Shown: positions 10,580 to 20,698 of the stretch, in pieces
Numbering within the stretch: the first letter of the stretch is position 1
Layout of the letters: every line of letters starts with the position of its first letter
NCBI GenBank assembly: GCA_046331705.1
Contig: JAXLQJ010000054.1
Location: 1 to 48,429 of the forward strand
Length of the DNA stretch: 48,429 bases
Origin: a bacterium
GTDB taxonomy: Bacteria; JADJOY01
Direction of reading: 5' to 3'
Program-made: the position numbers and the translations under genes
Notes under the pieces: generated by a model
The model's database searches: none
The model's input: the letters and a program-made list of their open reading frames with translations, nothing else
Told to the model about the DNA's origin: nothing

Positions 10580-11752
10580 CTACGAACGCGAGCCCGCGAG
10601 GATCCGCTCGGCCAGCGCCTGCGCCGCGAGCGCGTGCACCTCGGGCGAGGGATGAGGATCGGTGGGATGCGTCCAGACGCGCTCGCGGGGCCAGCTCGCG
10701 ATCGCCGGATGGACGTCGACCACCGGCACGCCGAGCTTCGCCGCCGCGGCGGCGAGATGCTCGTGGACGAAGCCGAACGGATAGCGTGCGGGATCGCCCG
10801 ACATGCCCGGCGTCATCGGGAATTCCAGGATGACGAGGCGCGCACCGTCGGCGGCGACGTCGCGAGCGAGCGCCGCGAGGAGCGCGTCGAAGCGCGCCCC
10901 TGACGCTCCCTCGAAGGACGCCCGCACGTGCTCGATGGTCGCACGGGTGGTGCGCAGCGCCCCGACACGCCGCGACACCCACGCGCAACCTCGACACCAG
11001 CCGCCTCCCATCGAATCCGGCAATCGCCACGGCGCCGCGCGTAAGAACGTCTCGTCGCGCAGCGTCTCGCCGAACGGTTGCGCGTCGTTGGGGACGAACG
11101 CGTAGACGACGATCGCAGGATCCTCGGCGCGGATCCGGGCGCGATAGATCCCGAGCGCGAGCTCCAGATTGAGTCCCTGCAAGCCGCGGTTGACGACGCC
11201 GTAGCGACCCGGCGCGCGCGCCGCGAGCTCCCTCGCGAGCGCGTCGCTGGTGCGTTCGGGGTCCATGACTCCCTCGCCGAACGTGAAGCTGTCGCCGACG
11301 ATCGCGATCGTCCCCCGTTCCGGCGCGGACGCACGTGCCGGCGCCGGCGAGTCGCCGATGTCGCGAAAGCCGCGCTCGCTGATGCGGTACGTGAGGCAAC
11401 CGATCGGCGTGCCATCGGGCGCCACCGTTTCGCGATCCCATGCGCGCGGCCGACCGACGCTGCGGTCGTAGCATTGCGACGTCACTTGCCCGGCGCGGTA
11501 GACCGGTGCGTGCCCTCCACCGGGCACGTCGACCCACTCGATCTCGAGCAGCCTCGGATCGTAGTGCGGCGCGAGCGGTAGCCGCGCCGCGGGCTGCATG
11601 CGAGCGCCGAGCTCGCCGATCACGAGCACGACCAGCAGCGCGCCCAGGCCGGCCACCACCCGGAAGAGCGCTCGCCGCCGCGGCGACGGCCCCGCTCCCT
11701 GCCCGGCCGCAGGTGGCGCCCGCCTCGGCACCGGCGGCGAGTCCGTCGTCAT
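10580..11752 (-). CDS. SGNH/GDSL hydrolase family membrane protein
   Basis: IVGDSFTFGEGV, VVNRG, PND and DPHP blocks; N-terminal TM helix. Confidence 0.85.
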   Translation of the reverse strand: MTTDSPPVPRRAPPAAGQGAGPSPRRRALFRVVAGLGALLVVLVIGELGARMQPAARLPLAPHYDPRLLEIEWVDVPGGGHAPVYRAGQVTSQCYDRSVGRPRAWDRETVAPDGTPIGCLTYRISERGFRDIGDSPAPARASAPERGTIAIVGDSFTFGEGVMDPERTSDALARELAARAPGRYGVVNRGLQGLNLELALGIYRARIRAEDPAIVVYAFVPNDAQPFGETLRDETFLRAAPWRLPDSMGGGWCRGCAWVSRRVGALRTTRATIEHVRASFEGASGARFDALLAALARDVAADGARLVILEFPMTPGMSGDPARYPFGFVHEHLAAAAAKLGVPVVDVHPAIASWPRERVWTHPTDPHPSPEVHALAAQALAERILAGSRS

Positions 11753-12177
11753 GCCCACCGAGCGCTCGCCAGCGGCCTCGCCGCGCACGCCACGGGGGCA
11801 CGCAACGGCGCCACCGGACTCGGGAATTCCGATTTCCCGACCATCCCCCTTGTGCCCCTTCCGGCGATTCTTACCTTCGATCTCAGCCATGAGCGCATAG
11901 CAGCTCTTCCCACCGGCCGTTCCACTCCCAGCCAATCCGGACCTCCGGGGCGCGACGGCGCCTGGCCGCGATCCGTTCGACGATGCGTCGGCGGATCGGC
12001 CCGGTGCCGACTCGACTCGGGCTCACCGACCGCACAGCGAGTGCTGGCGGCGCGCTCGCGCGCTGCCCGCGGCGCGCGGCGGGCGAGCCCCTCGAGTCGC
12101 GCGCGAACCCTCGCGTGCGAGCGACGCAACCCCGGCCGAGCATCCCTCGGAGGACTCGGCCTCGAAGGAGGAACGCC

Positions 12178-13194
12178 ATGGACGTCAGCGACATCGATGG
12201 GAAGCGGGCGACCGACGCGGTGCGCCGCTACGGGCTCGCCGCCGTCGCGATCGGTCTTCTGCTCGCGTGTGCGAGCTCCGCTTACTTTTCCGTGCCGGCC
12301 ACGCACTTCGCGTACGTGACGCGCTTCGGCCGCGTGGTGAACCCCGGCGCAGGTCCGCTCGGCCCGGGCCTGCACTGGAAGCTGCCGTTCGTGGATCACG
12401 CGGACCGGCTGCGGGTGAGCATCGACACGATTCGGCTCGACAAGATTCAGGCCTACACGAAAGACACGCAGCCGATGAGCCTGCAACTCTCGATCACTTA
12501 CAGCATCCCGCGCGCGTCGGTCTACCGGCTCCTGTACGAGGTGGGGCGGGCCGGCAACGTGGACATCGAATCCAACGTGAACGCCGTCACCAACGACCGC
12601 GTGCGCTCGATCCTGGGTCAGCACGACATCGTGCGGGTCGCGGGCGAGGGCCGCGAGGAGGTCATGCGGCAGACCAAGGGCGTCCTCACCGAGGAGCTCG
12701 AGCGGCTCTTCGGCATCGAGGTGCACGACGTGCAGCTCGCCGCGCTCAACTTCAGCCAGGCGTACGAGGAGTCGATCAACCAGGCCACGTTGTCGAAGAC
12801 CGCCAAGCTCAAGGCCGAGCTCGAGCGCGATCGCAAGAAGATCGAGGCCGAGGCTGCGGTCGCCGAAGCGACCGGGCGGGCCAATGCCGAGATCGAGGGC
12901 GCGCGTGGACGCAAGCTCTCCGCCATCGCTGCCGCCGAGGGCGAAGCCGAGTCCATCGCGCTTCGCGCCAAGGCCGATGCAGGCGCGATCGCCGCTCGCG
13001 GCGCCGCGGAAGCCGAAGCGCTGCGCGCCAAGGTCCTCGCGGGCGGCGGCGCCGAGAGCTACGTCAAGTACGTGCAGGCGCAAGCCGCGCTCAACTGGAA
13101 GGGCGACGTGCCGAGCACGATGCTGAGCGGTGGCTCCGGCGCAACCAGCATCGCGATGCTGCCGCTGCCGCAGCCGGCGGCGCCCCAACACTGA
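12178..13194 (+). CDS. SPFH/Band-7/prohibitin (HflC-like) protein
   Basis: TRFGRV...PGLHWKLPF, AE-rich coiled-coil C-terminus, NWKGDVP; AGGAGG RBS. Confidence 0.9.
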   Translation: MDVSDIDGKRATDAVRRYGLAAVAIGLLLACASSAYFSVPATHFAYVTRFGRVVNPGAGPLGPGLHWKLPFVDHADRLRVSIDTIRLDKIQAYTKDTQPMSLQLSITYSIPRASVYRLLYEVGRAGNVDIESNVNAVTNDRVRSILGQHDIVRVAGEGREEVMRQTKGVLTEELERLFGIEVHDVQLAALNFSQAYEESINQATLSKTAKLKAELERDRKKIEAEAAVAEATGRANAEIEGARGRKLSAIAAAEGEAESIALRAKADAGAIAARGAAEAEALRAKVLAGGGAESYVKYVQAQAALNWKGDVPSTMLSGGSGATSIAMLPLPQPAAPQH

Positions 13195-13296
13195 GCCCGA
13201 AGACGCCGAGCCCCAGTTGGCCCCGCCGCGGCACGCGCGAGTCGCGCGCGTGTCGCGGCGTCTGCACCACGCCGCGCGCCACGAGCGCGTCGCCGC

Positions 13297-14370
13297 CTAC
13301 GCGGGAGCCGCGAAGACGAGATCGGCGAGCGGTCCGGCGAGCAACGCCTCCACGCGATCGTGGTCGAGGCCCGCACCGAGCGCCACGGACCACGGCAAGC
13401 GAGCGCGCGCGACGAAATCGGGCAGGCCGGCGAGGGCACGCGTGAACACGGCGCGCGTGAGCCCGAGATCGCAAGGCCGCCAATCGACCCGCGCGCGGGC
13501 GAGGATCGCGCGCGCCCGCTCGGGACGGTTCGCCTGGAGAGTGGCCATCACGACCACTCCGAGACCCACGATCTCGCCGTGCACGAACGATCGTCCCGTG
13601 GCTTCCTCGAGCGCGTAGGCCAGGTAGTGCTCGGAGCCCTCCTCGGGCTGGCTGTGCCCGGCGTCGATCAGCAGCGTGTTCACCTCGGCATACGCCTGCG
13701 CGATGAACACCAGCGCCCCGGGCGTCGTGCTTCCGATCGCGTCCGCGAGCGAGTCGACGCGATCGAGGATCCCGGCCGCGCGCGCGGCGAGCTCCGGCAC
13801 GAACGGCGCGCCACCGTGGGCCGCACCATGCTCCCAATCCCACAGCGCCGTGTGGATCGAGAGCAGATCGCCGACGCCGGCGCGATTGAATCGCGCCGGC
13901 GCGGTCGCGACGAGCTCGGGATCGACGATCACCGCCTCCGGCACCACGAAGCCGTCGTAGACGACCCGGCTCGCCTCCCGAACCGCGATGGTGTTGGTCA
14001 CGAACGCGTCCACGCTGACGCTGCTCGGCACCGCGAAGTACGGGATCCCGCGCTTCCACGCCACCCACTTCGCGTTGTCGATCACCAGCCCGCCGCCGAT
14101 CCCCACCACCGCCACCGCCGGCGGCAGCTCGCGGACCAGCGCCTCGAGCTGGTCGCGGTCGAGCGACCGGACGTGGCAAACGTGCTCGACCTCCGCTCTC
14201 GCCGCCTCCGGCACCGACCGCCACACCTCGGGCTGGGTGAGCACCACGTACGGCCTGGGCACACCACGGAGCTCGGCCGCGAGGCACCCCGCCGCGACGC
14301 GCAGCACCGGGCGGCGCGCGCGTTCGCGCAGCTCGCGCGAGATCGCCACGCCGTGGACGACCTCACCCAC
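13297..14370 (-). CDS. Glycerol-1-phosphate dehydrogenase-like enzyme (EgsA/AraM group of the DHQS/Fe-ADH superfamily)
   Basis: GIGGGLVIDNAK, VPSSVSVDAF, AGVGDLLSIHTALWDW, GSEHYLAYALE, HGEIVGLG. Confidence 0.75.
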   Translation of the reverse strand: MGEVVHGVAISRELRERARRPVLRVAAGCLAAELRGVPRPYVVLTQPEVWRSVPEAARAEVEHVCHVRSLDRDQLEALVRELPPAVAVVGIGGGLVIDNAKWVAWKRGIPYFAVPSSVSVDAFVTNTIAVREASRVVYDGFVVPEAVIVDPELVATAPARFNRAGVGDLLSIHTALWDWEHGAAHGGAPFVPELAARAAGILDRVDSLADAIGSTTPGALVFIAQAYAEVNTLLIDAGHSQPEEGSEHYLAYALEEATGRSFVHGEIVGLGVVVMATLQANRPERARAILARARVDWRPCDLGLTRAVFTRALAGLPDFVARARLPWSVALGAGLDHDRVEALLAGPLADLVFAAPA

Positions 14371-14371
14371 C

Positions 14372-14746
14372 TCAGCCGCCGAGCATGCTCTTGAGCGAGC
14401 CGTCCGCGAGCGCGGCCCGCGTCTCGGCGTTGCCGCCGACGAGCACGCCCTTCACGAACACCTGCGGAAAGGTCGGCCAGCCGCTCCACAGCTTGATCGC
14501 GAGCCGCTCCTTCCAATTCGACAGATAGCTGCCGTACTCGATGTAGGTGAAGCGCACGCCCGCGCCGTCGAGGGCTTCGCGGGCCTTCTTCACGAACGGG
14601 TTCTGCGCCATGCCCACGACCACCACGGGATCGCGCTCCACGGCCTCTCGCACGCGGCCCACGACGCCCGCGTGGAACTCGGCCATCGCCTTCGCAACCT
14701 GCTCCGTCCGCTTCTCCGCCGCCAGCATCGGTCTCGGAATCGTCAT
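14372..14746 (-). CDS. Glutaredoxin-fold protein lacking cysteines
   Basis: SGWPTFPQVFVKGVLVGG monothiol-Grx signature; QNPF in place of CxxC/S; no Cys in 124 aa. Confidence 0.85.
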   Translation of the reverse strand: MTIPRPMLAAEKRTEQVAKAMAEFHAGVVGRVREAVERDPVVVVGMAQNPFVKKAREALDGAGVRFTYIEYGSYLSNWKERLAIKLWSGWPTFPQVFVKGVLVGGNAETRAALADGSLKSMLGG

Positions 14747-14878
14747 GGTCCTCGCCCTCTCGTCTCGGTTCGTGGTCGAGCCCGGAGCGTATCGCGACGG
14801 CGAGGCTGGCCGTAGAGGACCGTCCCGGTGTAGATGCTGCGCGGCGTCTTGCGAGTCTGGTAGCGAGGTCGAGCCCAC

Positions 14879-15964
14879 GTGAGCGGCAACTCTTTCGATC
14901 CCAGCGAGCGCGGCCGATTCCCGGTGGGCGTGCGCACGTTCACGGTGGTGGACGCGCAGCGCGACGGCCGCACGCTCCCCGTCGAGGTCTGGTACCCGGC
15001 GCACGAGGCGCACCGGGGTCAGGACCTCGATCGCGCCAGCATGGACGTGGTGCGCGTGCCGATCCCGGGCGGCCCGTCCACGCGCCAGCTGGCGGTGCGC
15101 GAAGCGCGGCCCACCGCCGGCGGGACGCACCCCCTGGTGGTCTTCTCCCACGGGCACGCGGGCTTCCGTTGCGCGTCGACGTTCCTCACCACCCATCTCG
15201 CGAGCCACGGCTTCGTGGTGGTGGCACCGGACCACGTGAACGACACGATGCTCGAGGTGCTGGCCACGCCCCGCGAAGAGCTGGGCATCAAGACGCTCCA
15301 ATCGGCGAGCGATCGCCCGCAGGACGTCGCCTTGCTCGTCGGCGCGGCGATCGCACCCGCGACGGCGCTCGGCGCGTTCGTGGCACCGCTGGTCGACCCC
15401 CGCCGCGTCGGCGTCGTCGGTCACTCGTTCGGTGGGTTCACGGCGCTCGTGAGCGCGAACCTCGACGACCGGATCCGCGCCTGCGTTCCCATCGCACCGC
15501 CCGGGGTGCTGGCGCGCGAGCGCGATCCACTCAAGGTCGGCGACTCGTACCGCGGCCTGCCGATCGGCGCACGCGACGTCCCCACGCTGGTCTTGGCCGC
15601 CGACCGCGACTCGCTCTGCCTCCTGGAAGGAATCGAGCGGCTCTACGAGCGGATCCGCGCGCCGCGCGCGCTCGCGGTGCTCACGCCCGCCGATCACTTC
15701 CACTTCGCCGACGCGGCGCGTGCAGCGCACCAGCTCTTCGAGCGCTTCTTGAGCTCGGGGGCCACCGGTCACCGACCCATCGCGCTGCCGTCGTTCGACG
15801 AGCTTCTCGACGAGGAGACGGCGCTCACCATCGTCCGCGGGCTGGTGACCGCGTTCCTGGCAGGCACGCTCGCCGACGGCGCCGACGCCACGGATGCCAC
15901 CCGCGCCTGCGCCGCGCTGGCCGGGCGATTCGCACCACGGGTGCGGTGGCAGGCACACGGGTGA
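14879..15964 (+). CDS. Alpha/beta hydrolase (PAF-acetylhydrolase/dienelactone hydrolase-like)
   Basis: VEVWYPA, PLVVFSHG, HLASHGFVVVAPDH, DRPQD, GHSFGG nucleophile elbow, ADHFHF. Confidence 0.88.
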   Translation: MSGNSFDPSERGRFPVGVRTFTVVDAQRDGRTLPVEVWYPAHEAHRGQDLDRASMDVVRVPIPGGPSTRQLAVREARPTAGGTHPLVVFSHGHAGFRCASTFLTTHLASHGFVVVAPDHVNDTMLEVLATPREELGIKTLQSASDRPQDVALLVGAAIAPATALGAFVAPLVDPRRVGVVGHSFGGFTALVSANLDDRIRACVPIAPPGVLARERDPLKVGDSYRGLPIGARDVPTLVLAADRDSLCLLEGIERLYERIRAPRALAVLTPADHFHFADAARAAHQLFERFLSSGATGHRPIALPSFDELLDEETALTIVRGLVTAFLAGTLADGADATDATRACAALAGRFAPRVRWQAHG

Positions 15965-16082
15965 ACCGGGAAAGCGCGGGGAAACCGTGCTGGCACGGCC
16001 TCGAAAAGCCGTGGTACTCTCGGCGCCCTCGCGCGGTTTCTGTGCATCGCGCTCGACTTCATAGCCCCTCAGCCCTGGATCC

Positions 16083-17099
16083 ATGGCCGACGAGCTGAGC
16101 GCGTCCCCATCCAAGATCCCTGCGATTCGCCCCGGCCACGAGGTGGCGCGGCGGTATCGGATCGATCATCGCGTGGGCCAAGGCGGCGGCGGCGAGGTCT
16201 ACCGCGCCACCGATCTCAAGCTCGAGCGCGTGGTCGGCCTCAAGCGCATCCTGGGCGGCGACCCGGACACGCGCGTGCGCAGCGCCGGCGACGAGGCGCG
16301 CATCGTGGCGCGGCTCGAGCACACGAGCATCCCGCGCGTCTACGATCTCATCGTCGACGAAGGCGAGCTCTGGTTCATCACCTCGTTCGTCGAGGGTCGC
16401 TCGCTCTATCGAATCCTGCGGGAAGGCGAGCGCTGGTCGTTCTCCACCGCGATGCGGGTGCTGCGCGAGCTGGGCGAGGTCCTCAAATTCGCCCACGGCC
16501 GGCGCATCGCGCACTCGGACATCAAACCCTCGAACATCCTCGTCGGCGACGACGGCGCGGTGACGCTCACCGATTTCGGCGTGGCCCGAGTGCTCACGCT
16601 GGAACGCGGCAAGCGTCCCGGCCCCGCCGTGCTCAAGGGCACGGAGGGCTACCTGGCTCCCGAGATCTACGACGCCGACCCGCGCCGGCTCGATTTCCGG
16701 CAATGCGCGCGCTGGGACCTCTACGCGCTGGGGGTGGTCTTCTACAACCTGCTGGTCCTCGACATGCCCACCGACGTGAACCCCGAGAGCGTCTCGCTCG
16801 AGGTCGCGAAAGGGCTCAAGGAATCGGTCGCGCTCGATCCGCCGAGCCCCACGCGGATCGCCGACGAGGTCCCCGACAGCGTGCGCTCCGCGGTCACCGA
16901 GCTCATCACGCGTTGCATGGAAGTCGACCCCGCCAAGCGGATCCAGAGCGCGGACGAGTTCCTGCAGGGCCTCGATCGCATCCAGGCGCTCTACGACGCC
17001 AAGCCGGTGCGCAAGTCGTTTCCCGTCGGCCTGGCGGTCGCGCTCGCGCTGGGCACGTTGCTCGCCGGCGCCGCCATCGGCTACTTCCTGCCGCACTAG
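16083..17099 (+). CDS. Hanks-type Ser/Thr protein kinase with C-terminal TM anchor
   Basis: GQGGGG, VGLKRI, HSDIKPSN (non-RD), TDFG, YLAPE, DLYALG; hydrophobic C-terminus. Confidence 0.92.
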   Translation: MADELSASPSKIPAIRPGHEVARRYRIDHRVGQGGGGEVYRATDLKLERVVGLKRILGGDPDTRVRSAGDEARIVARLEHTSIPRVYDLIVDEGELWFITSFVEGRSLYRILREGERWSFSTAMRVLRELGEVLKFAHGRRIAHSDIKPSNILVGDDGAVTLTDFGVARVLTLERGKRPGPAVLKGTEGYLAPEIYDADPRRLDFRQCARWDLYALGVVFYNLLVLDMPTDVNPESVSLEVAKGLKESVALDPPSPTRIADEVPDSVRSAVTELITRCMEVDPAKRIQSADEFLQGLDRIQALYDAKPVRKSFPVGLAVALALGTLLAGAAIGYFLPH

Positions 17100-17114
17100 A
17101 CGACGACTCACGAC

Positions 17115-19850
17115 TTGAATCCGCCGGACACCGGAGCCGAAGGGGCCACCACGAGCACGTCCACGAAGCCACCCGCTCGCGGACAGCCGCGGGAGCGCGC
17201 CGACGTGCGTTCGGGGCGTCGAGCACCGGCGCGCCGGCCCGGCGACGTCGCCCGGCGCGCACTCGCGCTGCCCTTGCTCGCTGCACTGCTCGCGAGCGCA
17301 GGTTGCGACCATGGCTCGAACGGAACCGCCGGCGGCCCGGCGATCACGCCGCCCCCCCCGCCCCCCGCGGGACTGAGCGCCGGCACGGCGAGTCATTACC
17401 TCGACTTCCCGGTGGGCGTGAGCCTCGGCGGTTACGGCGGGCGCGTGGAGGCGCTCATCTACCATCCCTTCGGCGGCGGTCCCGAGGCGCCCGAGGGCAA
17501 GGAAGGCCGACCGCGCCCCCACGCGCGGATCGTGCCCCCGTCGATCGGCATCCACACGCGGCCGCGGGTACAGGCGCTGGCGCTCACCTGGCTGCCGGAG
17601 GGCGCCAACGAAGAGACGGTCGTGATCGCGCACATCGACGCGATCTTCCCGCTCTTGGCCTTGCGCAACCGGGTGGTCGAGCGGGTGAAGGAACACACCG
17701 GCGTGGACATGCGCCGAACCCTGCTCCTGACCGCGAGCCACACGCACCACAGCGGTGCGCCGTTCTGGAACAACTTCCTGGTCTCCGTGGGCGGCATGGA
17801 CGCCTACGATCAGGAGATCTTCGAGCGCTTCGCGGAGAGCATCGCGCGCACCGCCGAGGAAGCGCTGGCTGCGCGCCAGCCCGCCAAGCTGGGCATCGCC
17901 ACCGAGACCAACTTCGACCCCCAGGACCTCGTCTACTACGACCGCCGCATCGGCAACGACGACGACGACCTCGTCGACAACGCCGACATCGCGCGCGCCG
18001 ACGACGAGGGCGAGCTTCGCGGCGACGGCAAGCCCGACGGCGCCATCAAGGACCCGCGCTTGAGCGTCTTCCGCGTGGACAAGGCGAACGGCGATCCGCT
18101 CGCCGTGCTCTTCCACTTCGGCATCCACGGCACGGCCTCGCTCGACACCAACCTCTTCATGTCTGGCGACGTGACGCTCGGCATGGAGCGCGCCGTCGAG
18201 GACACCATCGGTCACTCGGCGATGGTCATGCACGTCCAGGGCGCCGCGGGCGACATCTCGCCCACCGCCGTCGGCTTCGCGGAGGTCGAGGGCACCGGCC
18301 TGCGCATGGCGTCCATCATCGCGGACCTGTGGCGCACGGCCGTGCCGCGCGACCGAATCGACGGGCTCGACGTCATCTCGTCGATCCAACGCCAAGACCG
18401 CCAGATCCTGGGCTACGACGATCCCAAGCTGGAAGCGCCCTACCCGCGCTGGGGAGCACCCTTCGGCCAGCTCCTGTGCGGCGACGCGCTCATCCAGAAC
18501 ACTCCGATTCCCGACTTCAACGACCCGTTCGTGTGCCTGACGCGCCCCGTCAGCCTCAGCAACCCACTCCTCGAGCAGATCGCACGCGAGGTCATCATCC
18601 CGCTGCTCTTCAACTCGGTGTTCGTGGACGGATCGACCGACGACGCGCTCGGCGACATCGTGATCGGCTCGAACCCCGAGGGTGGCCCCTACAAGAAACC
18701 ATTCCTGCTCTTCGACACCCAGCTCTCGTCGGTGCGCATCCGCGGCGCCTCCGTGACCCACGACGGCGACACGGCAGCGCTGCGGGACGTGTCCATCGCC
18801 GCCGTGCCCGGCGAGCCGACCACGCCGCTCTCGATTGAGCTACGCCAGAAGCTGGCGCACAAGGTCCCGGACACCTCGTTCCCCGACACCTGGGTGTTCG
18901 GCTACAGCCAGGACTACCTCGAGTACATCCTGCTCAAGGAGGACTGGATCACGGGCGGCTACGAGATGCAGCTCCAGCCCTGGGGCCCCTTGTGGGGCGA
19001 GTGGATCATGACCCGCTCGGTCCAGCTCGCGCGCTCGCTGGTCACGCAAGAGCAGCCGCCACCCGAGGACACGCCCGCCTACGACGATCCGGTCCCGCTC
19101 GAGCTGGTGCGTCCCACCGCGTCGCACGATCCGGGGGTCGTGCGCCAGCCGGAGACGATCGACCGCTTCGGCACCGCCGTGCTCTCGTTCATCGGAGGCG
19201 ATCCCGAGCTCGACACTCCGCACGTGGTGGTGGAGCGCGAGAATGCGGCGGGCGAGTTCGAGGTGGTGCGCACGGCGGGCGGAAGGGTGGTCGACGAAGC
19301 CGGCCCCGAGACGATCCTCGTCTACGACTACGACGAAGCGCACGCGTCGACCGAGCCCCATCTGTGGTCGATCCACTGGGAGACGGTCGAGAGCACGCCC
19401 GCCGGCACCTACCGCTTCGCCGTCGAAGGCGTGAACTACGACGGGAGCGAACCCGCCGCCGAGCCGCCCTACTGGACCGGGACGCCGTACCGGTTCACGT
19501 CGAGCCCGTTCCGGGTGCGGGAAGCTCGCACGCTGCAGGTGAGCGACGTACGCCTCGACGCGCGGTCCGTGAGCGCCGACGTCTCCTACCCAGCGGCGCA
19601 GCCCGACGACGATCCCAACACGCCCGACGCGTTTCGCTACCGCCCCGCCCGGCCGAGCGCCGTCTCTGCGCGGTTCGAGATCCGATCGGACGCCGGCGTG
19701 CTCGTCACCGCCGAGGGTCCGCTCGCCGGCGACGGCAGCCTGCCACTTCCCGAGTCCCTCGCTCCCGGCTCGTACGAAGTGAGCGTGCTCGCGACCGACG
19801 AGCACTCGAACACCGGTCAAGCCGTCGCGACCCCGCTCGTCGTGCGCTGA
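17115..19850 (+). CDS. Neutral/alkaline ceramidase-family lipoprotein (start uncertain)
   Basis: LGGYG, LLLTASHTHHSG, HFGIHGT, QGAAGDISP, VPGEPTT, GYSQDYLEY, GGYE; lipobox ASAGC. Confidence 0.8.
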   Translation: MNPPDTGAEGATTSTSTKPPARGQPRERADVRSGRRAPARRPGDVARRALALPLLAALLASAGCDHGSNGTAGGPAITPPPPPPAGLSAGTASHYLDFPVGVSLGGYGGRVEALIYHPFGGGPEAPEGKEGRPRPHARIVPPSIGIHTRPRVQALALTWLPEGANEETVVIAHIDAIFPLLALRNRVVERVKEHTGVDMRRTLLLTASHTHHSGAPFWNNFLVSVGGMDAYDQEIFERFAESIARTAEEALAARQPAKLGIATETNFDPQDLVYYDRRIGNDDDDLVDNADIARADDEGELRGDGKPDGAIKDPRLSVFRVDKANGDPLAVLFHFGIHGTASLDTNLFMSGDVTLGMERAVEDTIGHSAMVMHVQGAAGDISPTAVGFAEVEGTGLRMASIIADLWRTAVPRDRIDGLDVISSIQRQDRQILGYDDPKLEAPYPRWGAPFGQLLCGDALIQNTPIPDFNDPFVCLTRPVSLSNPLLEQIAREVIIPLLFNSVFVDGSTDDALGDIVIGSNPEGGPYKKPFLLFDTQLSSVRIRGASVTHDGDTAALRDVSIAAVPGEPTTPLSIELRQKLAHKVPDTSFPDTWVFGYSQDYLEYILLKEDWITGGYEMQLQPWGPLWGEWIMTRSVQLARSLVTQEQPPPEDTPAYDDPVPLELVRPTASHDPGVVRQPETIDRFGTAVLSFIGGDPELDTPHVVVERENAAGEFEVVRTAGGRVVDEAGPETILVYDYDEAHASTEPHLWSIHWETVESTPAGTYRFAVEGVNYDGSEPAAEPPYWTGTPYRFTSSPFRVREARTLQVSDVRLDARSVSADVSYPAAQPDDDPNTPDAFRYRPARPSAVSARFEIRSDAGVLVTAEGPLAGDGSLPLPESLAPGSYEVSVLATDEHSNTGQAVATPLVVR

Positions 19851-20066
19851 GGCGTTGCGCCAGAACGACCCGGTGGGTCGATCCTGACGCAACATCTGCC
19901 GATCGCCTGACAACTTGGGACAGCACACACTCGCCGCGCGCGGTTGACGCGGCGCGGCTAACGCGTTGCGTCATTCGCCAAATTGTGCAACGATGTCACA
20001 CGAACACCACACTGTGACCTGTATGTTGGGGTGACGAAGGAGACGCGACCCAAGATCCAGTGGCCA

Positions 20067-20081
20067 TGGCACGCTGCTTGC
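20067..20081 (+). promoter_or_regulatory. Sigma-54 (-24/-12) promoter
   Basis: TGGCAC-GCTGC-TTGC matches the TGGCAC-N5-TTGC consensus, ~105 nt upstream of the ORF at 20188. Confidence 0.7.
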
Positions 20082-20187
20082 GATGATTTTTCGGCGTGCG
20101 ACGGGCATTGGACACGACCTGCACCGACCTCCGAACGACGTGTGAACGCACCGAGTTGGGGCAACGAACGCAGGAAAGGGAACCCCG

Positions 20188-20646
20188 ATGAACGCAATGG
20201 CACATCTGGGCATGCGGTGGACCGGCGCCGGTCATCGATCCGACGGCCGGAAAGTGCTCATCGCCGAGAACCTCGACTCCCACCGCCGCTGGTCGATCGA
20301 TCCGGTCACCGGGATCGGCGAGCCCATCAGCGATGTCGTGCCTTCGCGGACCGAGTCGACTGCGCCACAGCTCGAGCCGGCGCCCTGGATGGTGCCACCC
20401 TCGCCCTCGAAGGCCGTCACGAGCACCGCACCCACGCAGCCTCGTCGTAGCGGATCGCCTGGGCCCTCGGTCTGCGAGCATTGCGGCGCCAAGAGCGTCT
20501 ATCAGATCCGTTTCTCGCAGAACGAGTTCGTCACCAAGTGCTTGAGCTGCAAGCGGTTCGTCGTGGACGGGCGCGTCGAACGCCCGGGCCGTGAGCAGCG
20601 AGCTCGCGCACGGCGCGGCGCCAGCCTCTGGCTGCCGCTCGAGTAG
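20188..20646 (+). CDS. Hypothetical protein with C-terminal Zn-ribbon
   Basis: CEHC...CLSC; P/S/T-rich linker; purine-rich RBS. Confidence 0.65.
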   Translation: MNAMAHLGMRWTGAGHRSDGRKVLIAENLDSHRRWSIDPVTGIGEPISDVVPSRTESTAPQLEPAPWMVPPSPSKAVTSTAPTQPRRSGSPGPSVCEHCGAKSVYQIRFSQNEFVTKCLSCKRFVVDGRVERPGREQRARARRGASLWLPLE

Positions 20647-20698
20647 CGCGGCACCAGCCGGTGGCACCAGCCGGTCCAGCCTGGCGCCGCGGCCCGGC

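Noticed and set aside
11760-12170. ~400-bp intergenic region between divergent SGNH and SPFH genes, possible riboswitch or sRNA
   Set aside because: No recognisable riboswitch or ncRNA consensus; hairpins are expected at this GC content; needs an Rfam scan
15991-16005. TGGCAC upstream of the kinase as a sigma-54 promoter
   Set aside because: Lacks TTGC at the -12 position
19984-20000. TGTGC-N7-TCACA as a CRP site
   Set aside because: Spacer is 7 rather than 6 nt; kept only as a possible enhancer-like site
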